From an uncultured Verrucomicrobiae bacterium (GTDB lineage: Bacteria; Verrucomicrobiota; Verrucomicrobiia; Chthoniobacterales; UBA10450): 64,000 nt of DNA. The translations under genes were made by a program, and so were the position numbers. The notes beneath the pieces were generated by a model. That model had not been told where the DNA came from and did no database searches. It saw nothing but the letters and a program-made list of their open reading frames with translations. Position 1 is the stretch's first letter. Every line of letters begins with the position of its first letter. The stretch spans positions 64,001 to 128,000 of the forward strand of contig CAWIBO010000005.1 in the NCBI GenBank assembly GCA_963834385.1, read 5' to 3'. Shown one piece after another: positions 1 through 8,784 of this stretch.

Positions 1-588
1 GACGCCAATGCTCTTCTTCAATTTCTCGTCGTCCTTCTGCTGCCAACCAAGATAGTAAAGAGGAAAGCGCTCGACCCACCCCTTGCTCAAGATCACCTCA
101 GTCGTCATGTTCGAGACCATGCGGTGATCCGAGTGACCGGTATCGCCGTCCGGGCCGAAAGTCAGGATGGCATCCGGATTCAGCTCGTCGAATTTTGCCG
201 CCAGAACGCGTTTCAACTTCGTCGATCGCTCGAAGTAAGCGCGGGTGCCATCCCTGGTATAATCGGTCGTGTCAAAGGCGTCGGTGAAGCCCAGGAAAAT
301 GGGCGGCTGAATGCCTAGCGCGGCGCAGGCACATTCGCTCTCGGATTGCCTCAGCTTCACCAGCGCGTCTCCTGTTGGGAACCCCGGTTTAACGCCATGT
401 CTCCCGTCCGTCACGATGATCACGTAAACCTTGTTCGTCCTGCCGTACTTCACCAGCAATTGTGCGATCGCTGCTTCGTCGTCGGGATGAGCGACCACCG
501 CGACCATGACATTGCGCTTCTCGGCCCCCTGCGTGGCAGAGGCGAGACTCATGCCCAAGGCGAGGGCAGCGATTATCGAAGTATTCAT
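1..588 (-). CDS. Cassette: secreted PIG-L/LmbE-family deacetylase (3' truncated by window edge)
   Basis: Manual translation MNTSIIAALALGMSLASA...VAHPDDE...GHSDH; AGGAGG RBS upstream; absent from the ORF track because truncated. Confidence 0.85.
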   Translation of the reverse strand, partial: MNTSIIAALALGMSLASATQGAEKRNVMVAVVAHPDDEAAIAQLLVKYGRTNKVYVIIVTDGRHGVKPGFPTGDALVKLRQSESECACAALGIQPPIFLGFTDAFDTTDYTRDGTRAYFERSTKLKRVLAAKFDELNPDAILTFGPDGDTGHSDHRMVSNMTTEVILSKGWVERFPLYYLGWQQKDDEKLKKSIGV

Positions 589-630
589 CGTGTGACCCTC
601 CTGCGGGCGCGAACTAGTGTGATGCTGCAG

Positions 631-753
631 GCCTCACGAGAGAGAAATGAGCGACCGCCACCGGGGTTGAGCGGGGCCTGAAGTGAATGCGATTCAGTCA
701 TCTGAAATACAAAGGCAAAGCGGTGAGCGGTTGCCTCCATCGCCTGGTGAGAT
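631..753 (-). repeat. attC site 1 (non-canonical GTG/CAC core boxes)
   Basis: gcctcacgag...gagcgaccgccacc...tggtgagat, homologous to the other attC sites. Confidence 0.8.
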
Positions 754-765
754 GCGTTCTTGCGC

Positions 766-981
766 TCACGATGCGGAAATAAACTCTTCCGGGGAGACTC
801 CCGCCTGCCTGAGGGCGCCCGCGAGCGTGCCAATTTTGAGCTCACGGTGAGTCGGGATAACGCAACCTGCCGCACCGCGCCGCAGCACAACATGGCTCCC
901 GCGCTGACGCGCAACCGAAAACCCGAGGCGCTCAAGCCGTCGAACCGCCTCAGCGCCAGAGATCCGCGGAAGTCTAGGCAC
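766..981 (-). CDS. hicA: HicA-family toxin (mRNA interferase)
   Basis: GTG start; LERLGFSVARQRGSHVVL and IPTHRELKIGTL HicA signature; overlaps hicB. Confidence 0.9.
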   Translation of the reverse strand: MPRLPRISGAEAVRRLERLGFSVARQRGSHVVLRRGAAGCVIPTHRELKIGTLAGALRQAGVSPEEFISAS

Positions 982-1183
982 GAGAAGCAGCCACTTCGAA
1001 GGTAGTGACCAGCGGCTGACCGGCCGCCTGCAATGGAAACTCCTCAAGGTAGAGCTCTGTCGCCTCGCGGAGATTTGCAATGGCTTCGGGCACGCTCTCG
1101 CCCTGTGTGGTCGAGCCTGTTTCGGGATTGAGGGCGATGAAGCCGCCCTCCTCCGCCGGAATCAAAACGGCTGTCAGAACCAT
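974..1183 (-). CDS. hicB: HicB-family antitoxin (short, no DNA-binding domain)
   Basis: EEGGFIA...TQGESVPEAIANLREATELYLE HicB signature. Confidence 0.88.
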   Translation of the reverse strand: MVLTAVLIPAEEGGFIALNPETGSTTQGESVPEAIANLREATELYLEEFPLQAAGQPLVTTFEVAASRA

Positions 1184-1244
1184 AGTGCAGTGTCGATGGC
1201 GAGATGCTGCGGGTCAAGATCGCGATCTGGCTTCGAGCGTCAGC

Positions 1245-1400
1245 ATCTAAAGAGAACAAGGTGAGCGACGGCGGACGACCGTGCCCGCAGTGTTACAGCG
1301 TTGCAGGCGGGGGGCGCGCGTCGCTCGGCGTGGAAAGGTGGAAGTCATCTCAAAAGTGAAGCGCAGAGCGGTCCGCCGTGCGCCCATGGCATGGTCAGGT
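1245..1400 (-). repeat. attC site 2 (family B, degenerate core boxes, loop insert)
   Basis: atctaaagag...gacggcggac...gtccgccg...ggtcaggt. Confidence 0.75.
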
Positions 1401-1808
1401 CTTCGGCGACGCGACCACAGACTTTTTCAAGCGGTGATTCGCTCCCCAGGCGCCTCCTAGAATGCACACGATAAATAGTATGCCACCGTTGAAGTGCGCC
1501 GCGCCGGAAAGCATACGCAACAGAAAGGCTACACAGAAATACACAAGCAGCGCAACGCCGCAGCCGCGCCAGAAGCCGAACCGCGGCTCATCCTCCATAT
1601 CCACGAAATGAACAGGGTGCTCCGCAAGGATCCGATCGGCCTCGGCTGCGCTTTTCTCGGGCACGCGCAGGAGCACCGCGCACATGCCTGCAGGCGCGAA
1701 AACCGCGGCAGCTTCGTGATCAAGGACCGCCGGGATACCCGCTGCCTCAAGCAGCGACTGCGCGAATCCGGCTTCACCTATGTTTTGGTAGCTGCGGAGC
1801 GTGATCAT
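1395..1808 (-). CDS. Cassette: DUF2007-like membrane protein
   Basis: EAGFAQSLLEAAGIPAVL...LRVPE N-terminal domain plus two C-terminal TM helices. Confidence 0.7.
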   Translation of the reverse strand: MITLRSYQNIGEAGFAQSLLEAAGIPAVLDHEAAAVFAPAGMCAVLLRVPEKSAAEADRILAEHPVHFVDMEDEPRFGFWRGCGVALLVYFCVAFLLRMLSGAAHFNGGILFIVCILGGAWGANHRLKKSVVASPKT

Positions 1809-1811
1809 AAG

Positions 1812-1917
1812 GCCTAACGAGAAAGAGATGAGCCACCGCGCGAATTACGATTGGTGTTCATATGCAGGAAATCCAAGCATAAGGACGGTGGGCGGGTAGC
1901 TCCATCGCAGGTTTAAA
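1812..1917 (-). repeat. attC site 3 (family D)
   Basis: gcctaacgag...gagccaccgcg...; similar to 10683-10791. Confidence 0.8.
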
Positions 1918-2677
1918 CGGTCGGGCGGCGCGCAGAGAAACGCTGCTTCTGCGGGTTGTAATAAAGATCTGGCCTGCTGTGCCACTCATGCTCGACGCCA
2001 CGCATGAGGAGAGCACAATCCAGCTCGACGCTGCCTTCGGGGAAGCGCGATCGATCTGAAAAGAAACTCGTGTGCGCATCCTCAACCTCCATCGGATCGA
2101 TACTCCAATCCAGACTCCGTAGCTCCATGCCGTGATAATGTCCCTCCTGTCGCGTAGCTGAGTAGCCGGTTGCTCCCAGCGAGAAGAACGAAGCGGCTTG
2201 CTCCACCGTGTCGAAGAGGCTCGTCTCGGGTAGGGCTTGCCCCAGCCAACCCTTAAAATGTGCTTCCTCGCTGCCGTCCTGACGTCGAATGGTCACGGAG
2301 ATCTCATCGACGGTTTCCTCCGCGACGAAACTGCCCTTGTCGAAAATGCCTGGAAACACGGTGCCACCGAGAAGTTCGTTAAGCGTGGAATTCGTGTCTC
2401 TGCGGGGAATGAAAACACCTTCCCTTATTCCGTCGTCTTGATCCCATTCCACCGCGATTCGGTGCGCCGCATTCTCGGATCCTAAGCCGAGCCATGCTGG
2501 CAGCATCCGCGGGCGTAGCTCGCGGAAGCGTATCATGCAAACTCCTCCAATGCCTTTTCCGCGGAACACCTTCGGGCGGAAACCCGAAGGCAGTGCTTGC
2601 TGCAATACCTCGGGATCGATGTGGTAATTCAGGAGAATACGCCGATCAATAATTCCGTGGATCGTATCGAGTAGCAT
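1913..2677 (-). CDS. Cassette: DUF2071-family protein
   Basis: RRILLNY...SENAAHRIAVEW...GVFIPRRDT motifs; ATG at 2677 follows the attC. Confidence 0.75.
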   Translation of the reverse strand: MLLDTIHGIIDRRILLNYHIDPEVLQQALPSGFRPKVFRGKGIGGVCMIRFRELRPRMLPAWLGLGSENAAHRIAVEWDQDDGIREGVFIPRRDTNSTLNELLGGTVFPGIFDKGSFVAEETVDEISVTIRRQDGSEEAHFKGWLGQALPETSLFDTVEQAASFFSLGATGYSATRQEGHYHGMELRSLDWSIDPMEVEDAHTSFFSDRSRFPEGSVELDCALLMRGVEHEWHSRPDLYYNPQKQRFSARRPTV

Positions 2678-2694
2678 GAAGCGTGGCTTTTCCA

Positions 2695-2823
2695 GTCCAA
2701 CGAGACATAAGATCAGCTGCCGGGAGTCCGAGGTGCGTGCCACGCAGCATACGCTACAGACGGTAGACGCTCCAAGCGTAAACGGAGGGCTTGCTGGCGG
2801 TCAGCGGCATCGGCTGGTGAGAT
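2695..2823 (-). repeat. attC site 4 (unique sequence, CAC-type R'')
   Basis: gtccaacgag...cagctgcc...cggtcagcgg...ggtgagat. Confidence 0.75.
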
Positions 2824-2836
2824 GCGTTGCGCGACA

Positions 2837-3052
2837 TCACAGATCGCGTGGTGTGAGGCCGGTCTTCTTCGCAATGCGCGCCAACATCCGTGGGCCGATC
2901 TCCTCGCTGTCGTGGAACGCGAACACTGTGTCTGGCCAGCCGGGCCTCGACAGAATGCGGTGTGAACCGCCCGCTTCGCGTTTGATCGTCCAGCCGATCC
3001 GCAGGAGCGCGGCCAAAACTCGGCGCGCCTTCGCGGAACCCCACTCGCTCAT
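2837..3052 (-). CDS. hicA: HicA-family toxin
   Basis: LLRIGW...GSHRIL...FAFHDSEEIGPRMLARIAKKTGL. Confidence 0.9.
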   Translation of the reverse strand: MSEWGSAKARRVLAALLRIGWTIKREAGGSHRILSRPGWPDTVFAFHDSEEIGPRMLARIAKKTGLTPRDL

Positions 3053-3276
3053 GCCGCCGCAACAGAAAACACCTGCTGAATCTCAGGCGAGCTTTCGCCC
3101 TGCTCGATTCGCTCAGCCAGCACGCGAAGCGCCAGAGCCTCCACGCGTGCGACCGCCTCGTCGCGGGAAGTGCCGTATGACATCGCACCGGGAATCTGCG
3201 CAATCTCTGCGATCCAGCGCCCGTCCGTCTCCTGTTCGACTTCGACCGTGAATGTCACGCCAAGAGGATGCCGCAA
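3049..3276 (-). CDS. hicB: HicB-family antitoxin
   Basis: EQETDGRWIAEIAQIPGAMSYGTSRDEA; ATGA overlap with hicA; start may lie a few codons downstream. Confidence 0.88.
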   Translation of the reverse strand: MRHPLGVTFTVEVEQETDGRWIAEIAQIPGAMSYGTSRDEAVARVEALALRVLAERIEQGESSPEIQQVFSVAAA

Positions 3277-3311
3277 ATGGACGACGAAGACAAGCGCGGC
3301 ATCAGGAATAG

Positions 3312-3459
3312 CTCTAACGAGAAAAGGATAAACGACGGCGGACGACCGTGCCCGCCGTGCTACAGGCGGGGGCGCGCGTCGCTCGAAGTGGAAGGGTGGA
3401 AATCATCTCAAATGCGGAGCGCACAGCGGTCCGCCGTTCGCTCCATCGCAGGGTTAGAC
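3312..3459 (-). repeat. attC site 5 (family B with 24-nt insert)
   Basis: ctctaacgag...gacggcggac...gtccgccgttcgctc...gttagac. Confidence 0.9.
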
Positions 3460-3654
3460 GGCGACTTGCTCAAAGGAGATGTTCGGAATGTCCTCTACTC
3501 TCTTCTGAGCGTGCTCCACAGTGATCCCGCAGATGTGCCCATCCGCGTCAAGATCGAGCACCGTGTCCTCGTCGAGGTCGCGCGTCTCTGCGACATGCGC
3601 ACCACGAAACTCGATGTAGAGCGTATCAGTGTCTCGGAAGTAGCGAATCTTCAT
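3454..3654 (-). CDS. DUF2283-family putative antitoxin
   Basis: MKIRYFRDTDTLYIEF...LDLDADGHICGITVEHA; ATGA coupling to the upstream gene. Confidence 0.82.
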   Translation of the reverse strand: MKIRYFRDTDTLYIEFRGAHVAETRDLDEDTVLDLDADGHICGITVEHAQKRVEDIPNISFEQVAV

Positions 3655-3887
3655 GGACGAAATGAACGATCGAAAAAGGCGTTGTGCACGGTCTCGGCGT
3701 CGGGAAGAAGTATAACGCGCAAATAACGCCCGTCCATCTCGGCGATAGGCGCCCAACGGCGAATGCGACCGTCCTGCTGAATCTGCTCGCGCACGGGGTG
3801 GGCGACGACACGCTCGATCCACTCGAGACGAATCGCCGTGCGATCTGGCCGCTGCCGCATGACCTCAAAGTAACGCGTGAACTGCAC
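3651..3887 (-). CDS. DUF4258-like putative RNase toxin (partner of DUF2283)
   Basis: 78 aa, RYLRVILLPDAETVHNAFFDRSF; coupled to a DUF2283 gene within one cassette. Confidence 0.7.
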   Translation of the reverse strand: MQFTRYFEVMRQRPDRTAIRLEWIERVVAHPVREQIQQDGRIRRWAPIAEMDGRYLRVILLPDAETVHNAFFDRSFRP

Positions 3888-3930
3888 ATCGCAGAATAGC
3901 GCAGGCGTCGCTCACAGAAAAGACGAAGCC

Positions 3931-4224
3931 GTCTAACGAGAACAGGATAAACGACGGCGGACGACCGTGCCCGCAGTGTTACAGCGTTGCAGGCGGGGGG
4001 CGTGCGTCGCGAGGAATGGAACGGACTGGCAAGCCGTGACATAGACCTGAGGCCGAAGGCTGAACGAGTCGCGCGAGTGAATCAATGGAACGGACTGGCA
4101 AGCCGTGACATAGCCCTCAGGCCGAAGACTGAACGAGTCGCGCGAGTGAATCAATGGAAGTGTGGAAGTCATCTCAAAATATTGACGCAGAGCGGTCCGC
4201 CGTTCGCTCCATCGCCTGTTAGAC
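3931..4224 (-). repeat. attC site 6 (family B, 294 nt, two 69-nt tandem units in the loop)
   Basis: Normal boxes at both ends; units begin at 4015 and 4084. Confidence 0.9.
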
Positions 4225-4641
4225 GTTTGCGGGTGAATCGGAGTCATCGCCAAGAAAGTATAAATCAAGATCGAGCGGGATGCCTAGCGCCGTAATCCGC
4301 TGAAGGATTTCCGGCGAGAGGTGTATGCCGGGAGTAAAATCTTCGTAGTAAATGGTGCAACAGAGTTCGACGGAAAACTCTGCGGCACACTCTCGGATGC
4401 GCGCGGCGTGCGGCTCCAGCAGCGGAAGCAACGCCTCAAGATGCTTTTCAACGTGCGCCTCAAGTGAAAGTGGGCTCTGGAAGCTCCACCGACTGTGATT
4501 TCGGGTCGCTGCAGGATGTGGTGGCATCGGATCGCCGCGTCGCCAAACAGAAGTCGGTGATAAGCCCACGCGCGATGTAACAATCGAAGGATCATCGCCG
4601 AAATCGAGAACCTTCAGAAAAACGTGTGACTTGTCTGGCAC
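4219..4641 (-). CDS. Cassette: DUF4279-family protein
   Basis: DPSIVTSRVGLSPT..W..GD...LSPEILQRITALGIPLDLDLY. Confidence 0.8.
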   Translation of the reverse strand: MPDKSHVFLKVLDFGDDPSIVTSRVGLSPTSVWRRGDPMPPHPAATRNHSRWSFQSPLSLEAHVEKHLEALLPLLEPHAARIRECAAEFSVELCCTIYYEDFTPGIHLSPEILQRITALGIPLDLDLYFLGDDSDSPANV

Positions 4642-4654
4642 GGAGAGCGTTTAC

Positions 4655-4777
4655 GTCTAACGAGAGAGAAGTGAGCGACCGCCACCGGGGGCGAGCGGGG
4701 CTCGAAGTGGAAGGGTGCGAGTCATGGAAAGCCTGGACTTTCGCCGGGTGGCGGTTCGCTCGACTGACGGGTTAGGT
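4655..4777 (-). repeat. attC site 7 (family A)
   Basis: gtctaacgag...gagcgaccgccacc...ggtggcggttcgctc...gttaggt. Confidence 0.93.
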
Positions 4778-4954
4778 GGTGGACGGTGCGCGCAGGGGCA
4801 GGCCGGAACGGGCAGAGCTGGAAACCAGAGAACGGTCCGCTGCATGCGGAAGATGGAACCAGATGCTCTGGGAAAACGCGATGCCATATTCGCGCGGGTG
4901 ATCCCCTCCTACGGCGCCGCAAAAGCCGCCGCCCGCGAACGAACGCACACAACC
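4778..4954 (-). other. Short cassette without a convincing ORF
   Basis: About 177 nt between two attC sites; the ATG after GTTAG gives only 15 codons. Confidence 0.6.
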
Positions 4955-5076
4955 ATCTAACGAGAAAGAAGTGAGCGACCGCCACCGGGGGCGAGCGGGG
5001 CCGAAGTGGATGGTTCCGGGTCATGGAAAGCGAGGTCTTTCGGCGGGTGGCGGTTCGCTCGACTGGTGGGTTAGGT
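4955..5076 (-). repeat. attC site 8 (family A)
   Basis: atctaacgag...gttaggt. Confidence 0.93.
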
Positions 5077-5353
5077 GCTCTGAGTGACATGACACGCGTC
5101 GAAACACATACGATATCCAAGGCAAAGGCTGAGCAGGACAATCTTCGCGGCGGATGTAAGAACGAGAACAGTCACGTCGTCGCGCTCAAGAGAAAGCTCC
5201 ACAGCGGCGAGAGGTTCGAAGTGGGCGCAAACGACGCATGCTGGAACGATAGCGGTCTTCGCGACAGATGGAGGGCAACGAATCGGGTAGGCTGCGAACA
5301 GCAACGGGGAACGACGAGAAGCAGCCAAGTCCAATGTCCGCAGTGCGGGACAT
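5071..5353 (-). pseudogene. Cassette with a broken or uncertain ORF
   Basis: ATG at 5353 and TAA in the R'' box are in different frames. Confidence 0.4.
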
Positions 5354-5358
5354 AGCGC

Positions 5359-5481
5359 ACCTAACGAGAGAGAAGTGAGCGACCGCCACCGAGGGCGAGC
5401 GGTGCTCGAAGTGGATGGTTGCGAGTCATGGAAAGCGTGGGCTTTCAGCGGGTGGCGGTTCGCTCGACTGACGGGTTAGAT
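5359..5481 (-). repeat. attC site 9 (family A)
   Basis: acctaacgag...gttagat. Confidence 0.93.
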
Positions 5482-5765
5482 GTTTCAGCGCCAGGTACCA
5501 TCAAAAAGAGGGTGATCATCGCTCTTCGCTTCTCGCGGCGACGTCTGTCCGGCCGAACGGAGGTGTCAGGCATCGGCTCCGGAAGCGCGAGCCGTAGTTG
5601 TATGCCACTCGAGTTCGAGCGGAGCCAAGGTGCGATATAGCTGCAAATCCCACAGAAGCAGGGTGCCGACGAACGACGGCCGAATTAGGGCCGCGACGCT
5701 GGCAGGCTGTAGGTGGAAGATGCGCATACAGAAAACAGGGCGATTATCAGCGCGCGCGGTGCCAT
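5482..5765 (-). pseudogene. Cassette with an interrupted secreted-protein ORF
   Basis: MAPRALIIALFSVCASS signal-like start stops after 26 codons. Confidence 0.4.
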
Positions 5766-5888
5766 CTAACGAGAAAGAAGTGAGCGACCGCCACCGAGGG
5801 CGAGCGGGGCTCGAAGTGAAAGGTTGCGGGTCATGGAAAAGCGAGGTCTTTCGGCGCGGTGGCGGTTCGCTCGACCGATGGGTTAGAC
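5764..5888 (-). repeat. attC site 10 (family A)
   Basis: atctaacgag...gttagac. Confidence 0.93.
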
Positions 5889-6229
5889 GCTGCGGCGTCA
5901 CTCGCTGGACCGCGGACGAAGCTGCACCAAACGACGCGCAACGACTGTAGATAGCCAGTAGCGCATAGGGCCGAAAGATTGCGTCGGGAATCGCTATGAT
6001 GAAAAGCGCCGGGTGCCGAGCGTGCTCCGGCAGCCACAGAAGAGGAACCGCGAGGAAGTGATAAGCGTTCCGACTAACTGGAGGGGTCAATCGTCAGGTA
6101 TGAGTGTCAGCGACACGTCGAAACAGCGAATGACTCCTTCGACCAAGACAGGCTCGCAAATGGACGTAAAGCACTCCGGCAGCTCAGAGCGAAGATGATC
6201 AGTCGATGCGGCATCGCTCGGAGTCAGAC
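5889..6229 (-). pseudogene. Cassette with a fragmented membrane-protein ORF
   Basis: MPHRLIIFALS start stops early; hydrophobic fragments occur in other frames. Confidence 0.4.
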
Positions 6230-6359
6230 GTCTAACGACCCCAAGCTCAGCGACTGCGGAGGCGCGGCGCACCGGCTGCGGAAAGGTGGCTGGGGGCGAA
6301 GGCGGCGGGAGCAGCCGGTGTGACGCGCCGGAGCAGTTCGCTGCAGCGCATGGTTCGGC
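6230..6359 (-). repeat. attC site 11 (family C)
   Basis: gtctaacgaccccaagctcagcgac...gttcgctgcagc...gttcggc; its R'' (GCCGAAC) complements the cassette start GTTCGGC at 6756-6762. Confidence 0.9.
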
Positions 6360-6381
6360 GTTGCGGCTGTTGTCTGTGAAG

Positions 6382-6738
6382 TCATCGAGAAGCGAACAAA
6401 TCTCCGGGCAGTAGTTGGGCGGCCGCGAACGTAGCAAGAATGTTGATGAGCGCGACGACGAGCAAAACGACTGGAATCAGTGGAACGCCGACAAGCCACT
6501 CCGGGACGTGCAGACGACCGTAGAGAAAACGGTAAAGTGGTCTGCCAACTGCGATGGCTACCGTAATGTCTGCTGCGAGAAGACAGATGCCGAGGACGCT
6601 AAGCCACGAGCCCTGTGATAGCCAGAAAAGCGGGACGACTGAGGCGGCGGCAAGTGTGATGAGTAACGCCGCGAGACTGCCGACATCGGATAAACCTGCC
6701 GCTGCGAGTAACGCGGAGACAGAAACGCTTTCAGTCAT
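6382..6738 (-). CDS. Cassette: hypothetical membrane protein (about 3 TM)
   Basis: MTESVSVSALL...; hydrophobic ORF filling the cassette. Confidence 0.65.
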   Translation of the reverse strand: MTESVSVSALLAAAGLSDVGSLAALLITLAAASVVPLFWLSQGSWLSVLGICLLAADITVAIAVGRPLYRFLYGRLHVPEWLVGVPLIPVVLLVVALINILATFAAAQLLPGDLFASR

Positions 6739-6755
6739 GGGATGACGCGAGCATC

Positions 6756-6878
6756 GCCGAACGAGAGAGAAGTGAGCGACCGCCACCGAGGGCGAGCGGG
6801 GCTCGAAGTAGAAGGGTACGGGTCATGGAAAGCGAGGTCTTTCGGCGGGTGGCGGTTCGCTCGACTGATGGGTTAGAT
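6756..6878 (-). repeat. attC site 12 (family A)
   Basis: gccgaacgag...gttagat. Confidence 0.93.
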
Positions 6879-6897
6879 GTTGCGGCGCCGTAAGAGC

Positions 6898-7110
6898 TCA
6901 TCGACGTGACAGGTGGTTCTGCCGCAGCCGCCATATTCCGAGAGCCGTAATGAGAATGGCGACGATACCAGTAGGGAAAATCCATGCGCTGATCCTCGGT
7001 TCTGTGAAAAAGAGGTAGAAAAGCACAAACAATCCGGGGACTGGGGCAAGTGCAGCGGCCCAAAGCGCTGGCTGACGCGAAGGAGTCTCAGTGGTCGGTG
7101 GCATGCTCAC
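6898..7110 (-). CDS. Cassette: small 2-TM membrane protein
   Basis: 70-aa ORF filling the cassette, two hydrophobic segments. Confidence 0.65.
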   Translation of the reverse strand: MSMPPTTETPSRQPALWAAALAPVPGLFVLFYLFFTEPRISAWIFPTGIVAILITALGIWRLRQNHLSRR

Positions 7111-7113
7111 TAC

Positions 7114-7236
7114 ATCTAACGAGAGGGAAGTGAGCGACCGCCACCGGGGGCGGGCGTCGCTCGAAGTGGAAGGTTGCGAGTCATGGAAAGCGTAGGCTCT
7201 CGGCGGGTGGCGGTTCGCTCGACTGATGGGTTAGGT
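7114..7236 (-). repeat. attC site 13 (family A)
   Basis: atctaacgag...gttaggt. Confidence 0.93.
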
Positions 7237-7698
7237 GTCTGGACGGTCATTCTCGCAGTGCAAACTATACACGATCGGAATGCGAATATCTTGCGGCGTT
7301 CCCTGCCGCAACCGCCAACGATGAAGAGTGTCTTCAACAGCATGCGTAAGCCAGGCAGGCGCAGTGCTGCGAAGAACCCTAGTCTGGCTCACCGCACCGT
7401 TGGTCGTGACGCGTAGCTGCACAAGCATGGTCGGCTCTAGGTATCGAAGACGCGCCGCATATGGGTAAGGCGGAAGCGGTGCATACTCGGCGTAGGTCGG
7501 CCTCGGAACACGGCGGACATGAGCAGGCGATCGTTGAGGGGGCGGCGCGTAGCCAGGGTCCCCCACTAGCGAGCAATCCAGCGTAGGAACCGCCCGCCCG
7601 CAAACGAATAACGGAGGCATCGTGGCGACGTTGATCGTATTGACGCCGGTGCAGGCACCAATTAGGCACGCGAACATAACAGCCGCGGCGCGTGTCAT
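7231..7698 (-). CDS. Cassette: TonB C-terminal-domain lipoprotein
   Basis: Lipobox-like IGAC; PPYPYAAR...VQLRVTTNGAV...VLRST...RWR TonB_C pattern. Confidence 0.7.
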   Translation of the reverse strand: MTRAAAVMFACLIGACTGVNTINVATMPPLFVCGRAVPTLDCSLVGDPGYAPPPQRSPAHVRRVPRPTYAEYAPLPPYPYAARLRYLEPTMLVQLRVTTNGAVSQTRVLRSTAPAWLTHAVEDTLHRWRLRQGTPQDIRIPIVYSLHCENDRPDT

Positions 7699-7700
7699 AC

Positions 7701-7824
7701 ACCTAACGAGAAAAAGATGAGCGACGGCGGACGAGGGCGTCCGTCGCTCGCAGTGGGATTGCTGAAGTCATCTCAAAAGTTAATCGCACAGCGGTCCGCC
7801 GTTCGCTCCATCGCATGGTTAGGT
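7701..7824 (-). repeat. attC site 14 (family B)
   Basis: acctaacgag...gacggcggac...gttaggt. Confidence 0.93.
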
Positions 7825-7825
7825 C

Positions 7826-8287
7826 TCAGCGAACGGGCTCCGGCTTCCTGGTGAAGGTCGGTAACTGCGCGATCACTTCGAGAAGGCGATCTACGTCCGC
7901 TTGCTGCTTCGCGGCGACCCAAATGTTTGCCTTCCAATAGTCATTGAGCTTGATCACGGCCTCTTGCATTACAGAGCCGTCGCTTGCGACGGCTCTGTGC
8001 CACTCCACCGAAAAAATGCCAAGCTTCCCCGACACGACCTTACTGTCCGGCTCGGGAGTGAAGTCTGGCCAGCCGCCAAGATAGAAGCCAACGTAGCCGA
8101 CAAGCGGAGGATTCGCGTGGCCGTAATAAACGTCGAAGTCAGGTCCTCTCACTTTTGTCCACGTGAATGCTTTCGGCGACACGGGTCCGAGAAACTTGGA
8201 CAGTTCTTTCGGCGCGATCGGCTCGCCGGGTTGCTGAGTGGCCGCAATGCTCGAGACGAAAAGCGATACGAATAGGAGCGCGCGCAT
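7826..8287 (-). CDS. Cassette: hypothetical secreted protein
   Basis: Signal peptide MRALLFVSLFVSSIAA; ORF fills the cassette. Confidence 0.75.
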   Translation of the reverse strand: MRALLFVSLFVSSIAATQQPGEPIAPKELSKFLGPVSPKAFTWTKVRGPDFDVYYGHANPPLVGYVGFYLGGWPDFTPEPDSKVVSGKLGIFSVEWHRAVASDGSVMQEAVIKLNDYWKANIWVAAKQQADVDRLLEVIAQLPTFTRKPEPVR

Positions 8288-8290
8288 AAG

Positions 8291-8413
8291 ACCTAACGAG
8301 ACAGAAGTGAGGTGCCGCCACCGAGAGCGAGCGTGGCTCGAAGTGATAGTGGTTTAGTCATGGAAAACGTGAACGCTCGGCGGGTGGCGGTTACCTCGAC
8401 TGATTGGTTAGAT
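8291..8413 (-). repeat. attC site 15 (family A variant)
   Basis: gaggtgccgccacc pairs with ggtggcggttacctc (compensatory changes). Confidence 0.92.
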
Positions 8414-8663
8414 CTGACATCACCAGCCCCGCGGTGCCTTCGAGGGTGAAGCTTGGTAACGGAAACAGATCCATTCGTAATTTTACGCCGGGATAATTGA
8501 GAGCGGCGTGGAGATGACCGCGCAAGGCGGCGTCGCTTCGTGTGCGAACTGGGGGGCGGCCGTCCAGGGCGAATATAGAAGCGTTAAAGGTGGGCTCGAT
8601 CCCAAACGCTGTCAGCGATGAGCTTGTAAGCACAACTAGAAAAAGGATGGATGACCAGTGCAT
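8391..8663 (-). CDS. Cassette: hypothetical secreted protein (reads into attC)
   Basis: Signal-like MHWSSILFLVVLTSSSLTA; ATG overlaps GTTAGATG. Confidence 0.55.
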   Translation of the reverse strand: MHWSSILFLVVLTSSSLTAFGIEPTFNASIFALDGRPPVRTRSDAALRGHLHAALNYPGVKLRMDLFPLPSFTLEGTAGLVMSDLTNQSR

Positions 8664-8784
8664 CTAACGAGAGAGAAGTGAGCGACCGCCACCGAGGGCG
8701 AGCGGGGCTCGAAGTGGATGGTCCCGAGTCATGGAATGCGAGGTCTTTCTGCGGGTGGCGGTTCGCTCGACTGACATGTTAGAC
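8662..8784 (-). repeat. attC site 16 (family A)
   Basis: atctaacgag...gttagac. Confidence 0.93.

Noticed and set aside
4015..4158. 69-nt tandem units as a mini-CRISPR or as a coding repeat (ORFs 3933-4268, 12030-12503 N-terminus)
   Set aside because: No unique spacers; the units lie inside attC loops, so the translated repeats are incidental
4657..7416. Recurring ORFs such as MRVMES...RRVAVRSTDGL and PNPSVERTATRR as a protein family
   Set aside because: They are translations of the family A attC sequence
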